A stretch of DNA of 55,731 nt from Thiotrichaceae bacterium (GCA_026988295.1 JALSLM010000101.1:1-55731); one strand, 5' to 3'; positions 41,051-52,740 are shown, numbered from the stretch's first letter. Numbers and translations: made by a program. Notes: generated by a model from the sequence alone, not told the origin.

Positions 41051-43237
41051 AATACTCAGATTAGCATAACTCAAAACCAACCATTTACTCCCTTCACTGT
41101 CAAAATTCACCTGTACTCGTGCGTGCTGCCCTGCTCCCTCTACATCAGTGATAAGACCTTCACCAAATTTTGCATGTGAAACACGTTGCCCAATGGAAAG
41201 CCCTGTTTCATTAGTGCGTGTTGCAAGCTTTGGCTTTGTTTCTCTCTCATAACCAGCTTGCCAGTTATTATTGCTGTAAGTCTTAACTTTTGGACGAATT
41301 TCTTCAATCAATGATTCTGGTATTTCATCAATAAAACGAGAAGGCTCTCCATAAAGTGTATTGCCATATAAGCGACGTTGTTCAGCATATAATATCACCA
41401 GTTGCTTTTCAGCCCGCGTGATACCAACATAACAAAGGCGGCGTTCCTCTTCCATCCTACCTGGTTCTTCTTTTGACATTTGATGAGGAAACAAACCCTC
41501 TTCCAATCCAACAAGAAAAACTAAGGGAAATTCTAAGCCTTTAGCTGAATGCAGTGTCATTAGCTGAACACAATCATCACTCGCTTGCCCTTGTCCCTCA
41601 CCAGCTTCTAATGAAGCATGTGATAGAAAAGCGGTAAGAAAATCCATATCCGCATGTTCATCATCAGGTTTATAAGTAAAGCCCTGTGCGGCAGATATTA
41701 ATTCATTAAGGTTCTCTATGCGTGCCTGCCCAGCATCACCTTTATCTTTTTTAAGATAATGATCTTTTAATTTAGAGTGTTCAATAACATGCTCGACCTG
41801 TTCTTCAAGCGGTAGATCACTGATATCTGATGCCATAGAGTTTATCAACTCAACAAATCCACCAATGGCTGTTGCTGCCCGCGCAGTAAACGCTGAGTTA
41901 TAAAGTAATTCAAGTGCAGCTTGCCAAAGACAAATACCAGTATTGCGAGCATGTTCACGAATAACCCCCACCGTTTTATCACCGATACCACGAGTTGGTT
42001 GATTAATAACACGCTCAAATGATGGATCATCTTGGCGATTAGCTGTTAAACGCAGATAGGCAAGTGCATCCTTAATCTCAGCCCGATCAAAGAAACGCTG
42101 ACCACCATAAACTCGATAAGCAATCCCATTTTCATTAAGTGTGCTTTCAAATACGCGAGATTGCGCATTAGAACGATAAAGTATCGCAATATCTTTATGA
42201 GAATTACCGTGGCTTACCCATTGTTGAATTCGTGATGCGACATAGCTAGCTTCTTCAGTTTCATTATAAGCTGCATATAAATGTATCGGCTCGCCTTCAC
42301 CATCAGCAGTCCAAAGATTTTTACCTAAGCGACCTTCATTATTTTCTATAACAGCATTTGCTGCTTTAAGGATATTTCCAGTTGAACGATAATTTTGTTC
42401 TAGTTTTATAACTTTAGTTTCAGGAAAGTCTTTTGAAAAATCCTGAATGTGTTTAATTTTTGCACCACGCCAACCATAGATAGATTGATCATCATCACCC
42501 ACCACAAAAGGAGGAATTTTATTACCTGCGATTAAACGAATCCAAGCATACTGCAAGGTATTTGTATCTTGAAACTCATCCACCAAAATATGCTGAAAGC
42601 GTGTTTGGTAATGTTGCAATAACTCAGGATTATCACGTAATAATTCTAAAGAACGCAATAATAATTCAGCAAAATCAATAACACCGGATCGTTCACAAGC
42701 TTCTTCATAGTGCTTATAAATATCAACAAGTTGACGTGTAGTAGGGTCTCCTTTATCTTCAATATGGGCTGAGCGTTCACCTTCTTCTTTACGTTTATTG
42801 ATAAACCATTGTGACTGTTTCGCTGGCCAAAGCTTTTCATCTATTTGTAAACCACGCATAACACGCTTTACGAGACGCAATTGATCATCTGAATCAAGAA
42901 TTTGAAAGTTTTTTGATAATTTAGCTTCTTGCCAATGGCGACGTAAAAGACGATGGGATAAGCCATGAAAAGTCCCCACCCACATGCCACCCACGGGTGA
43001 CCCGAGTAGAGCTTCAATCCGTCCACGCATTTCTGTGGCAGCTTTATTGGTAAAGGTCACTGCAAGAATAGCAAAAGGTGAGACTTGATCAACCTGAATC
43101 AGCCAAGCTATGCGGTGTACTAAAACACGGGTTTTGCCACTACCAGCACCAGCAAGTACTAATTGTGGAATTGATTCAGCCGAAACAGCTTCACGCTGAG
43201 GTTTATTTAATTCATCTAATATGTGTGATACGTCCAT
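41045..43237 (-). CDS. uvrD: DNA helicase II
   Basis: AGAGSGKT, DEFQD, YRS, TLHSAKGLEF and YVGITRA; C-terminal tudor-like domain. Confidence 0.98.
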   Translation of the reverse strand: MDVSHILDELNKPQREAVSAESIPQLVLAGAGSGKTRVLVHRIAWLIQVDQVSPFAILAVTFTNKAATEMRGRIEALLGSPVGGMWVGTFHGLSHRLLRRHWQEAKLSKNFQILDSDDQLRLVKRVMRGLQIDEKLWPAKQSQWFINKRKEEGERSAHIEDKGDPTTRQLVDIYKHYEEACERSGVIDFAELLLRSLELLRDNPELLQHYQTRFQHILVDEFQDTNTLQYAWIRLIAGNKIPPFVVGDDDQSIYGWRGAKIKHIQDFSKDFPETKVIKLEQNYRSTGNILKAANAVIENNEGRLGKNLWTADGEGEPIHLYAAYNETEEASYVASRIQQWVSHGNSHKDIAILYRSNAQSRVFESTLNENGIAYRVYGGQRFFDRAEIKDALAYLRLTANRQDDPSFERVINQPTRGIGDKTVGVIREHARNTGICLWQAALELLYNSAFTARAATAIGGFVELINSMASDISDLPLEEQVEHVIEHSKLKDHYLKKDKGDAGQARIENLNELISAAQGFTYKPDDEHADMDFLTAFLSHASLEAGEGQGQASDDCVQLMTLHSAKGLEFPLVFLVGLEEGLFPHQMSKEEPGRMEEERRLCYVGITRAEKQLVILYAEQRRLYGNTLYGEPSRFIDEIPESLIEEIRPKVKTYSNNNWQAGYERETKPKLATRTNETGLSIGQRVSHAKFGEGLITDVEGAGQHARVQVNFDSEGSKWLVLSYANLSIL

Positions 43238-43343
43238 TAACTGATTGTAACCCTAAGATCACCTATTTACATGGTAAAATTGCACGTAAATTGCATATTA
43301 TTTATTTAGTATGCTTTTCTTCCATATTCTTGAGACAAATTTA

Positions 43344-43769
43344 ATGCATCACTTGATCATTCTTGTACGTCACTTACGACGTATTGCAGCATTTGAAATA
43401 AGCACTCGAACACTGGTTATCATTTTAATGATACTCGGTGCTTGGGTTGCAACCCAAAAGTTAGAGTTTCCACAAACTCTTTCTTTGAATGACAAAGTCA
43501 TTCATATTGTAGTCTTTTTTGGATTTTCCGTTTTGATGGATCTGGCAATAGATCGCCACCCATTTTGGTTATGGAAAGGTTTACCACTTTTGATTTATGG
43601 CGCAGGCATTGAGATATTGCAATACTTCTCACCCGACAGAACATTTTCCATGCTTGATTGGCTAGCTGATTTTTTTGGAATATTCTTTTATTTTCTTCTT
43701 AAAATAATAATCCTTTGGTGGGATTCTTCAAAAATAAAAGAGGTAGAGACCAAGGAAAGTGAACTATAG
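43344..43769 (+). CDS. VanZ-like membrane protein
   Basis: DKVIH, EILQ..PDR.FS..DWLAD; start uncertain. Confidence 0.8.
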   Translation: MHHLIILVRHLRRIAAFEISTRTLVIILMILGAWVATQKLEFPQTLSLNDKVIHIVVFFGFSVLMDLAIDRHPFWLWKGLPLLIYGAGIEILQYFSPDRTFSMLDWLADFFGIFFYFLLKIIILWWDSSKIKEVETKESEL

Positions 43770-43830
43770 ACTATCTTGATGAACTTAAATTATGATAGAC
43801 ATACAATTACCTATCAGAAAATTAAAATCA

Positions 43831-44490
43831 TCACAAAGGCTTTTTTTCTTCCAGCCATGTAGTCAGTTTATCCCATTGATATTGTTCTTTGAATGCCTGC
43901 TCTTCATTCAACTCATGTATCCCTATCCCATTATCAATAGCATTAATGTAACATTGAGCACTGCGTAACCTTGCAACCAAGGGGATATCCAATCGCATTA
44001 AAAACTTTTTTAAAGATTTATATGCTGATGTATGCGAATAAACACGGTTAGCAATAATACCAATATTTTTGCCTGTTACTCTTACTCTCCCCTGAACTAA
44101 AAGGATCTCTATGAAACGAGTTGCAGTTCGAATATCTATTTGTGATTGCATGACTGGTATTAAAATTGTATCACTTGGTGCAATAATTTTTCTTAATTGT
44201 TCTGATTCAATTCCTGCAGGGGTATCAATAATAGATATTTTTGTATCAAGAGGAGGGCGTAATTGCCACGCTAAGTTCGCAAGCCTCTTTTGAGAAGCGA
44301 TATCTATACCATGAATGGCTGGTCTATTAATACCACGATGTTTAAGCCAGTTTATGCTTGAACCCTGTGGATCATAATCAGTTAAAGAAGTTTTAATACC
44401 CTTATTTGCATAATACGCCGCTAAACAGGTTGCAATAGTGGTTTTACCACAGCCTCCTTTCATATTAACAAGAGCAATTCGATTCATCAT
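43831..44490 (-). CDS. ParA/MinD-family ATPase (orphan)
   Basis: Deviant Walker A KGGCGKTT, DYDPQGS and IIDTPAG; start at 44490 or 44487. Confidence 0.9.
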   Translation of the reverse strand: MMNRIALVNMKGGCGKTTIATCLAAYYANKGIKTSLTDYDPQGSSINWLKHRGINRPAIHGIDIASQKRLANLAWQLRPPLDTKISIIDTPAGIESEQLRKIIAPSDTILIPVMQSQIDIRTATRFIEILLVQGRVRVTGKNIGIIANRVYSHTSAYKSLKKFLMRLDIPLVARLRSAQCYINAIDNGIGIHELNEEQAFKEQYQWDKLTTWLEEKKPL

Positions 44491-44631
44491 TTGATTTATT
44501 CCCCAGAGTCTCAAGAATTATCAAAGACATACAATTTACTAACAACAAGCTCAAGCTAATTGTAGTAAAAAGTAAGACAAAGGGTAGAAATAACCACAAA
44601 AAAACAAATAATAATAAGGGATGATATATAA

Positions 44632-45006
44632 ACCCATCCCCCCCTATTTTTACACTTTTTTAAAAAATACAGTGTAGAATAGAGTAGTACTCCATCAACA
44701 TGTGTTTAATGGGTTCAGCTAGCTACTGTACATACAGAGGTAGTGGGTTAAATCTGTAATTTACAATTCAATGCATTAGCATTAGTGTAGATTAACCCAA
44801 TAACTATCGTACTTTATCGGATTACACTATCACCAATCTGACTAAAAACACAGATTTAACTCATTACCAGCCAAACAAGCCCTCTCAAGCTTTGAAACGA
44901 TTAAAAACCCTGTGACTCTCTACATTATAAAAAATGTAAAAACAGGGGGGGATGGGTATCTATAAATTTGCCCTGAATCCATCAAACCAATATTGAAGGA
45001 ATACTA
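44632..45006. repeat. Most complete composite repeat (three inverted-repeat pairs around a REP remnant)
   Basis: D pair 44632/44958; TAGTACTCCATCAA pair 44685-44718/44973-45006; GGTAGTGGGTTAAATCTGT pair 44739-44757/44850-44868; REP remnant near 44816-44843. Confidence 0.75.
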
Positions 45007-45137
45007 GTTCTATTATCCTTAATCACGTTATACTCCCCTGCTTTAAAAAATCTTGAATCTGCAGATCAATGTAGATTCAACAAGATATAAACAGATACAA
45101 TGCAACAGACAATCAACAGGCAAATAACGGGCTAAAA

Positions 45138-47921
45138 ATGGATACATCATACGCACCACAAGACATCGAACAACGCTGGTATCAAGCTTGGGAAGCCAAT
45201 GGCTACTTCAAACCCTCTGAAAACTCTCAGGCTAACCCTTACTGCATTATGATTCCGCCACCCAATGTCACGGGAACATTACACATGGGTCATGCATTTC
45301 AAGATACCATTATGGATGCACTGATTCGTTATCATCGCATGAAAGGCGATAACACTCTATGGCAACCAGGTATGGACCACGCAGGTATCGCCACGCAAAT
45401 GGTAGTTGAGCGTCAGCTCGATGCACAAAACCTAACCCGTCACGATTTAGGCAGAGAAAAGTTTGTCGAACGTGTGTGGGATTGGAAAGCAGAATCAGGC
45501 GGACAAATTGTCAAACAACTGCGCCGCTTAGGTGCTTCGCCTGATTGGTCGCGTGAACGTTTTACAATGGATGAAGGCTTGTCTGATTCTGTCAAAGATG
45601 TCTTTGTAAATCTCTACAACGAAGGTTTAATCTACCGTGGAAAACGCCTCGTAAATTGGGACCCAGTCTTGCACACCGCCCTTTCTGACATTGAAGTACT
45701 CAATGAAAAAGAAGAAGACGGTTTTATGCACCATGTTAAATACCCGTTTGTTGATGGCAGTGGTTTCATGGAAATTGCAACCACACGACCAGAAACGATT
45801 TTAGCCGATGGGGCACTTTGTGTAAGCCCTGGCGATGAACGCTACACGCAGTTCTTAGGCAAAGAAGTTCATGTGCCGATGACAGATCGTACCATTCTTG
45901 TTCTTGAAGACGAATATGTCGACCCTGAGTTTGGAACTGGTTGTGTAAAGATCACCCCAGCGCATGATTTTAACGACTGGGAAGTCGGTCAGCGCCATGA
46001 CATGGAAATTATCAACTTATTTACGCCATCAGCTGAGATGAACGAAAACGCACCAGAAGCCTATCGAGGAATGGATCGTTTTGAAGCGCGTAAACAAATT
46101 CTAAAAGACCTAGAAGCCGAGGGTCTACTCGTAAAGATCGAGCCACACAAACTCAAACCACCACGCAGTGAACGCACTGGCGTTATTGTAGAACCTTATC
46201 TGACAGAACAGTGGTATGTAAAAGTTGCGCCGTTGGCAGAGCCAGCAATAGAAGCCGTAAAAAGTGGTCGTATTAAATTTGTGCCAGACAATTACAAAAA
46301 CATGTACTTTAGCTGGATGAATAATATTCAAGACTGGTGTATCTCACGTCAGCTTTGGTGGGGACATAGAATCCCCGCTTGGTATGATGATGCATCCGAT
46401 AAAATTTATGTTGGAATCTCTGAGTCTGATGTACGCGAAAAACATAATCTTGGCAGTGATGTAATACTACGACAAGATGAAGATGTGCTCGACACATGGT
46501 TCTCATCTGCGCTATGGCCTTTTTCTACTCTAGGATGGCCAGAGCAAACCCAAGAGCTGAAAACATGGTATCCCACCAATGTGCTTGTGACAGGTTTCGA
46601 CATTATCTTCTTTTGGGTTGCGCGCATGATTATGTTTGGGCTTAAATTTATGGATGGCGAAGTGCCGTTTAAAGAAGTCTATATGCACGGATTAGTGCGT
46701 GATAGCGACGGACAAAAAATGTCCAAGTCCAAAGGCAATGTGATTGACCCACTTGATGTTATCGATGGAATATCTTTAGAAGACTTACTCGAAAAACGCA
46801 GTAGCAATATGATGCAACCGCATTTGGCTGAGAAAATTCGCAAAGCCACTAAAAAGCAATTCCCAGATGGTATTCCAGCTTACGGAACGGATGCTCTTCG
46901 TTTTACCTTTGCTTCACAAGCATCCAATGGTCGTGATATTCGTTTTGATTTGCAACGCATTGAAGGCAACCGAAACTACTGTAATAAAATATGGAATGCC
47001 GCGCGTTATGTGTTGATGCAAACCGAAGATAAAGACGTAGGCTTAAACGATACAGATACAGTTGAATTATCACTGGCTGATCGCTGGATATTATCAAAGC
47101 TACAAAGCGTAACCACCGAAGTGACTGAGCATTTTGATAAATACCGTTTTGACCTAGCCGCAAAAGCACTTTATGAATTCACATGGGGCGAATATTGCGA
47201 TTGGTATTTAGAGCTATCAAAACCCATATTATTTAACGATAACGGCAGCGACGAAGCCAAACGTGGCACACGCCAAACATTGGTGCGCGTATTTGAAACA
47301 ATCCTACGTTTACAACACCCAATCATGCCGTATATTACAGAAGAAATTTGGCAGACCATTAAGCCATTGGTAGGCAATAGCGATGACACTATCATGTTGC
47401 AAGCCTACCCTGTTGCAGATGCTACCTTGATTGATAAGACAGCAGACGAAGATTTAGAATGGGTTAAAAACTTTATTGTGGGTATCCGTAAAATCCGTTC
47501 AGAAATGGATATTCCACCGAGTAAACCGCTCCCTATTCTTCTTCAAAACTGGACAGAATCAGATAAAGCACGTTTTGAAAATAACGATATTTTTATCAAT
47601 TCGCTCGCAAAAATAGAATCAGCACAATGGCTGCAAGAAGATAAAGATGCCCCCGATTCTGCCACTGCATTATGTGGTGAAATGAATATTCTAATTCCAC
47701 TCGCTGGATTGATTGACAAAGATGCTGAAATGGCACGCTTAAACAAAGAAATCGAAAAAATCCAGAAAGGGCTTAGCGGGCTTGAAGGCCGTTTAAATAA
47801 CCCCAACTTCACGGACAAAGCACCAGAAAACGTCGTCAATCAAGTGCGACAACAGGCTGAAGAGCAAAAAGCAGCTTTTCAACAGCTTGAGCAACAATTA
47901 GAGAAAATAAAAGCTATGTAA
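45138..47921 (+). CDS. valS: Valine--tRNA ligase
   Basis: [24 protein letters not shown] and KMSKS; C-terminal coiled coil. Confidence 0.99.
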   Translation: MDTSYAPQDIEQRWYQAWEANGYFKPSENSQANPYCIMIPPPNVTGTLHMGHAFQDTIMDALIRYHRMKGDNTLWQPGMDHAGIATQMVVERQLDAQNLTRHDLGREKFVERVWDWKAESGGQIVKQLRRLGASPDWSRERFTMDEGLSDSVKDVFVNLYNEGLIYRGKRLVNWDPVLHTALSDIEVLNEKEEDGFMHHVKYPFVDGSGFMEIATTRPETILADGALCVSPGDERYTQFLGKEVHVPMTDRTILVLEDEYVDPEFGTGCVKITPAHDFNDWEVGQRHDMEIINLFTPSAEMNENAPEAYRGMDRFEARKQILKDLEAEGLLVKIEPHKLKPPRSERTGVIVEPYLTEQWYVKVAPLAEPAIEAVKSGRIKFVPDNYKNMYFSWMNNIQDWCISRQLWWGHRIPAWYDDASDKIYVGISESDVREKHNLGSDVILRQDEDVLDTWFSSALWPFSTLGWPEQTQELKTWYPTNVLVTGFDIIFFWVARMIMFGLKFMDGEVPFKEVYMHGLVRDSDGQKMSKSKGNVIDPLDVIDGISLEDLLEKRSSNMMQPHLAEKIRKATKKQFPDGIPAYGTDALRFTFASQASNGRDIRFDLQRIEGNRNYCNKIWNAARYVLMQTEDKDVGLNDTDTVELSLADRWILSKLQSVTTEVTEHFDKYRFDLAAKALYEFTWGEYCDWYLELSKPILFNDNGSDEAKRGTRQTLVRVFETILRLQHPIMPYITEEIWQTIKPLVGNSDDTIMLQAYPVADATLIDKTADEDLEWVKNFIVGIRKIRSEMDIPPSKPLPILLQNWTESDKARFENNDIFINSLAKIESAQWLQEDKDAPDSATALCGEMNILIPLAGLIDKDAEMARLNKEIEKIQKGLSGLEGRLNNPNFTDKAPENVVNQVRQQAEEQKAAFQQLEQQLEKIKAM

Positions 47922-47929
47922 AAGAAACA

Positions 47930-48000
47930 TCGGATTAGCGTATCGTAACTCAATAAATTTCCGCAGTTTGTCGGATTACGCTACCGCTAATCCGACCTAC
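47930..48000. repeat. Inverted GTAG REP doublet (BIME/REPIN-like)
   Basis: Degenerate tcggattagcgtatcgtaac (47930) plus intact gtcggattacgctaccgctaatccgacctac (47970-48000). Confidence 0.8.
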
Positions 48001-48018
48001 AAAACACAGATTTAACTA

Positions 48019-48037
48019 TGACCTCACGGATTCAGGT
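48019..48037 (-). repeat. Orphan family A terminal repeat overlapping the CBS stop codon
   Basis: tgacctcacggattcaggt, identical to 3326-3344. Confidence 0.8.
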
Positions 48038-48387
48038 ATGAATATAATGCTCAAGCCGTGAAATTATAAATTCTTGCTCGGATATAACTTCTTTCACAAG
48101 ATCACCAATAGAAATCAAACCTATCGACTCACCATTTTCTATAACTAGCAAATGGCAAACACATTTTTCAGTCATAATTGCCAAACCTTCACTAGTTTTT
48201 TGCTCGGGTTGAATACAGGCAATGCGCTTGGTCATAACATCGCTTACAGAAGTTTTTTCTCTATTAAGATCTTTTAATCTAATCCTTCGAGTAAAGTCTT
48301 GCTCAGTTATAATCCCTTTAACTTTATCAGCATCTAAAACTACCAGCGCACCTACTTTTTATCTGCCATCTCTTTTATTGTTTTCAC
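48032..48387 (-). pseudogene. CBS-domain protein pseudogene
   Basis: AAGGAG plus GTG start gives MKTIKEMADKK*; adding one A in the A5 run (48356-48360) restores KKVGALVVLD..GIITEQD..DVMT..HLLVIE..GLISIGDLVK. Confidence 0.8.
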
Positions 48388-48409
48388 TACATTCTCCTTT
48401 GATTTGATT

Positions 48410-49492
48410 TTAGCTCCTTATTCGATGACCACTTTTCTGATTAAAAAAATGATAGTGCTCAGGTGCTATCGATGCTCTCACAATATTGCCATTTTGTTCT
48501 TTAGTATGTCCATTTAAGCGCAAAGTGATTGCATTGCTACTTTTATCATCACTATTATTCAGTTTAGCATGAATAATTGATTCTGCACCAAGATGCTCTA
48601 TTAACGCAATTTTTAGTGGAATTATTCCATGATCATCAAGCACTAAATGTTCAGGGCGGAAACCGAAGGTGATTTCTGATTGACTTGTATCCAGAGCTTT
48701 ATTTAAAGGAAGTGCATTGTCTCCTATATGAAATTTTGAGCCATCATCTGAAAGCTTTACTTCAACAAAATTCATTGCAGGTGAACCAATAAAACCCGCA
48801 ACAAAACGTGTTTGAGGCCTTTCATAAAGATCCATTGGTGTACCTATTTGTTCGACTATTCCAGCATTCAGCACAAGAAGCCTATCAGCCATAGTCATCG
48901 CCTCGACTTGATCATGGGTTACATAAAGTGTCGTTGTTCCAAGTCGTGCTTGCAAATTTTTGATGACTAAACGCATTTGTACACGTAACTTGGCATCCAA
49001 ATTAGAAAGAGGTTCATCGAATAAAAATGCGGCCGGTTTGCGTACAATTGCGCGCCCCATTGCCACTCGTTGACGCTGACCACCAGAAAGTTGCTTAGGT
49101 TTACGTTGCATTAGATCTTCAAGCTCTAAAAGCTTAGCAACATCACCCACACGTCTATTTATCTCATCCTTTGCTGTGCCCAAATTTTTTAATCCATAGG
49201 CCATATTTTTATAAACAGTCATGTGCGGGTAAAGTGCATAATTTTGAAAGACCATAGCAATATCACGCTGTGAAGGCTCTAAATCATTGACCTTACGACC
49301 TGCTATATGAACTTCACCACTTGTAATAGTCTCTAAGCCTGCAACCATGCGTAATAGCGTAGATTTTCCACAACCAGATGGACCGACCAAAACAATAAAC
49401 TCACCCTCTTCTATTTCTAGGTCAACACCATGAATGGCCTGATAGCCATTGGGGTATATTTTTTCAACTCCTTTTAAAAGGATGTGACTCAT
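48410..49492 (-). CDS. ugpC: sn-glycerol-3-phosphate ABC transporter ATPase
   Basis: [22 protein letters not shown] and [12 protein letters not shown]; operon context. Confidence 0.92.
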   Translation of the reverse strand: MSHILLKGVEKIYPNGYQAIHGVDLEIEEGEFIVLVGPSGCGKSTLLRMVAGLETITSGEVHIAGRKVNDLEPSQRDIAMVFQNYALYPHMTVYKNMAYGLKNLGTAKDEINRRVGDVAKLLELEDLMQRKPKQLSGGQRQRVAMGRAIVRKPAAFLFDEPLSNLDAKLRVQMRLVIKNLQARLGTTTLYVTHDQVEAMTMADRLLVLNAGIVEQIGTPMDLYERPQTRFVAGFIGSPAMNFVEVKLSDDGSKFHIGDNALPLNKALDTSQSEITFGFRPEHLVLDDHGIIPLKIALIEHLGAESIIHAKLNNSDDKSSNAITLRLNGHTKEQNGNIVRASIAPEHYHFFNQKSGHRIRS

Positions 49493-50331
49493 TTCTCAGT
49501 CTCCGTTAGTCCTTTTACAAACAGCTTTTGCATACCAATAACTACCAGCACAGGTGGAATCATAGCGAGTAAAGCAGTCATCATAATATGATGCCATTTG
49601 GGTGTTTCTTCGAGTGCTTCCATCATTCCTTTTATCGACATAACAATCGTTACCATGCTTTTGTCTGTTGTAATTAATAGTGGCCAGAGATATTGATTCC
49701 AGCCATAAATAAACAAAATAACAAACATGGCTGCGATGCTGGTACGCGAAACAGGGATCAAAATATCGAAGAAGAACTGCATAGGACCAGCACCATCTAT
49801 ACGCGCAGCTTCCAATAATTCATCAGGGACACTAAGAAAGGTTTGGCGAAACATAAAAGTGGCTGTTGCCGAAGCAATTAACGGTATGGTTAAGCCCCAA
49901 TAAGTATCTAACATACCTAGCTGAGCTACCACTTCATAAGTGGGAAGGATACGAACTTCTACAGGCAACATTAGCGTAAGAAAAATCATCCAGAAAAACA
50001 ACATACGAAAACGAAAGTCAAAATAAACAATCGCATAGGCAGATAATAGTGAAATAGTAATTTTTCCAAAAGCTATCATCAGTGCCATCACTAAACTATT
50101 GAAAAGCATGATACCAATGGGTGTTGAACCTTCTACACCCGTACTAACAACTTGTTTTAGATTTTCAAAAAATTGATCACCAAGCCCCAAAGGTAGCGGA
50201 ACCTCCAATAGCCTCGCCACATCATGTGATGCAGCCACAATGGTAATCCATATTGGGAATAGCACAATAGCAACTCCAGCGAGAAGCACAAGATGAGAAA
50301 CTGCTGTACTCACGGGGCGGTTTTCAATCAT
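49489..50331 (-). CDS. ugpE: sn-glycerol-3-phosphate ABC transporter permease
   Basis: MIENRP start, [18 protein letters not shown] loop and [10 protein letters not shown]. Confidence 0.93.
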   Translation of the reverse strand: MIENRPVSTAVSHLVLLAGVAIVLFPIWITIVAASHDVARLLEVPLPLGLGDQFFENLKQVVSTGVEGSTPIGIMLFNSLVMALMIAFGKITISLLSAYAIVYFDFRFRMLFFWMIFLTLMLPVEVRILPTYEVVAQLGMLDTYWGLTIPLIASATATFMFRQTFLSVPDELLEAARIDGAGPMQFFFDILIPVSRTSIAAMFVILFIYGWNQYLWPLLITTDKSMVTIVMSIKGMMEALEETPKWHHIMMTALLAMIPPVLVVIGMQKLFVKGLTETEK

Positions 50332-50344
50332 CTGGATTTCCTCA

Positions 50345-51226
50345 TCAATATTCCACCTTACGCTCAATAAATTTAAACTGAAAGATTGTCATGCCAATAA
50401 CTAATATCATTAAAATCACAGATTGTGCCGCAGAACCACCTAAATCTAAGCCTACAAAGCCATCGTTATAAACTTTGAACACTAAAATCTCAGTGGCATT
50501 AGCTGGCCCACCTTTAGTAACAACATGAATAATGCCGAAGGTTTCAAAAAAGGCATAAACGATATTAACCACCAACAAGAAGAAAGTGGTGGGTGTAATT
50601 AGAGGAAAAATAATTGTCCAGAAGCGTTTCAAAGGGCCAGCAGCATCAATTGCAGCAGCTTCTATCAATGATTTTGGGATTGATTGCATACCTGCAAGAA
50701 AAAACAGAAAGTTGTAACTAATCTGTTTCCAAGCAGCCGCAATAACGACCAAAAACATCGCTTGATTGCCTTTAAGCTGATGATTCCATTCATAACCCAT
50801 GCTCGTTAAGAATGTAGAAATAATACCTGTAGTGGGATAAAACAAAAACACCCATAAAGCACCAGCGATCACAGGAGCAACAGCATAGGGCCAAATTAAT
50901 AAGGTACGATAAATTCCTGTACCACGAATAACACGATCTGCCATTGCCGCGAGAACCAGTGATACACTCAGCGATAGCATTGCAACCATAGCAGAGAAAA
51001 ATAGCGTTCTGCCAAAGGTTTTAATATATCTATCATCTTCAAAAAGTTCTTTAAAATTATCAAACCAGACGAATTGAGAACTCAAGCCAAAGGCATCTTC
51101 AATCAAAAGAGATTGATAGATTGCCTGACTCGCTGGCCACATAAAGAAAACCAGCGTAATAATAATTTGAGGCGCAACCAGCATATAAGGTAGCGCGGAA
51201 GATTTAAAATGTACCTGTTTAAGCAT
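50345..51226 (-). CDS. ugpA: sn-glycerol-3-phosphate ABC transporter permease
   Basis: [25 protein letters not shown] loop and DLGGSAAQS; start moved to 51226. Confidence 0.93.
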   Translation of the reverse strand: MLKQVHFKSSALPYMLVAPQIIITLVFFMWPASQAIYQSLLIEDAFGLSSQFVWFDNFKELFEDDRYIKTFGRTLFFSAMVAMLSLSVSLVLAAMADRVIRGTGIYRTLLIWPYAVAPVIAGALWVFLFYPTTGIISTFLTSMGYEWNHQLKGNQAMFLVVIAAAWKQISYNFLFFLAGMQSIPKSLIEAAAIDAAGPLKRFWTIIFPLITPTTFFLLVVNIVYAFFETFGIIHVVTKGGPANATEILVFKVYNDGFVGLDLGGSAAQSVILMILVIGMTIFQFKFIERKVEY

Positions 51227-51234
51227 AAGATAAT

Positions 51235-51312
51235 AAAAAATATGCAAAAACAAGGGGGGATGGGTTATGTAGATTAATTAATACCCATCCCCCCCTTTTT
51301 TTAGATATTTTT
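51235..51312. repeat. Two family D motifs in outward (tail-to-tail) arrangement
   Basis: caaggggggatgggt-tatgtagattaattaa-tacccatccccccc between ugpB and ugpA. Confidence 0.8.
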
Positions 51313-51337
51313 AGCTGTAGATTACTATTGCTATGCA

Positions 51338-52657
51338 TTACTTATTTGCTTTCTCAAACTTACGAAGCAACTTGTTACCACGCTGTACTGCCGTATCCAT
51401 AGCCTCTTTAGCACTTTTGCTACCATTCCAAATGGCTTCCATTTCTTCGTTGATTACATCACGGATTTGTACAAAGTTACCAAAACGGATACCACGAGAA
51501 TTAGCTGTTGGTGTATTTAAGCTCAACTGTTTGATAGCGGTATCAGTGCCAGGATTGCTTTCATAAAAGCCATTCTTCTTGCTTAGCTCATAAGCAGCAG
51601 TCGTGATTGGCACATAACCTGTTTCTTGATGCCACCAAGATTGTACTTCTGGTGAAGACAAGTATTTCATAAACAAGGCAACACCTTTGTAATCAGCCTT
51701 ATCATGCCCTTTAAGCGTCCAAAGTGTTGCACCACCAATAATAGAATTCTGAGGTTTTTTAATTAACTTAGGATTAAACGGCAACATAGCTTGACCAAAA
51801 GCAAACTTAGCCTGCTTCTTAATTGAGCCATAGTAAGCGGATGAGTTAAGCCACATGCCACATTCACCATTCACAAACTTGGGTAAGCTATCACCACGTC
51901 GTCCACCGTAATCAAAAATCTTACTCTTTTGCCACTCACCAATCTTAGCCATCATGCTGATAACAGCATCACTATTGAAGTTAAGCTCCGTATCCAAACC
52001 TGCAAAACCATTTTCTTTCGTACCAGATGGTAGATTATGCCAAGCATTAAAATTTTCGATCATCACCCAAGATTGCCAACCAAAACTAAAGCCACACTTC
52101 ATACCTGAAGCCTGTAGCTTTTTAGAAGCTGCTTCAACTTCAGTCCAAGTTTCAGGGACTTTATCAATACCTGCTTTCTTAAACGCATCTTTGTTGTACC
52201 ACATAACGGGCGTAGAGCTATTAAAAGGCATTGATAATAATTTTCCGTCAGGTTGCTGATAATAACTAATAACAGCAGGCAAATAATCTGACTTATCAAA
52301 TGCCACACCTGCATCTTTCATCACATCTTCAACGGGATAAACCGCGCCCTTAGCAGCCATCATAGTAGCTGTACCCACCTCAAAAACTTGCACTATATGA
52401 GGTTGCTTTTTAGCACGAAAGGCAGCGACAGCGGCTGTCATAGTTTCGGTATAGTTGCCTTTATTAACAGGCACAACCTTAAATTCTTTTTGAGTCGCAT
52501 TAAAATCTTTAGCGATTTTATCAACACGCTCGCCATTTACACCACCCATAGCGTGCCACCATTGGATTTCTGTTTCAGCGAGTGCTATTGAGCTAAATGA
52601 ACATATTAAAACTGTAGCAAGTGAAAGCATTTTTAGCTGACTTGGTATTTTTTTCAT
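51338..52657 (-). CDS. ugpB: sn-glycerol-3-phosphate ABC transporter substrate-binding protein
   Basis: Signal peptide; WWHAM, QVFEVGTATM, PFNSSTP and IIGGATLW. Confidence 0.95.
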   Translation of the reverse strand: MKKIPSQLKMLSLATVLICSFSSIALAETEIQWWHAMGGVNGERVDKIAKDFNATQKEFKVVPVNKGNYTETMTAAVAAFRAKKQPHIVQVFEVGTATMMAAKGAVYPVEDVMKDAGVAFDKSDYLPAVISYYQQPDGKLLSMPFNSSTPVMWYNKDAFKKAGIDKVPETWTEVEAASKKLQASGMKCGFSFGWQSWVMIENFNAWHNLPSGTKENGFAGLDTELNFNSDAVISMMAKIGEWQKSKIFDYGGRRGDSLPKFVNGECGMWLNSSAYYGSIKKQAKFAFGQAMLPFNPKLIKKPQNSIIGGATLWTLKGHDKADYKGVALFMKYLSSPEVQSWWHQETGYVPITTAAYELSKKNGFYESNPGTDTAIKQLSLNTPTANSRGIRFGNFVQIRDVINEEMEAIWNGSKSAKEAMDTAVQRGNKLLRKFEKANK

Positions 52658-52706
52658 TGAATTGAGTCTCCTATTGAATAACGCAAATTTTTGAATCTAA
52701 GTCCTA

Positions 52707-52740
52707 ATCATGTCCTATACAAATGACTTAATCATGACAA
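52707..52740 (-). promoter_or_regulatory. Putative Pho box and -10 element for ugpBAEC
   Basis: Minus strand TTGTCAT-GATT-AAGTCAT (GTCAT repeated at 11 bp), 10 nt, then CATGAT. Confidence 0.65.
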
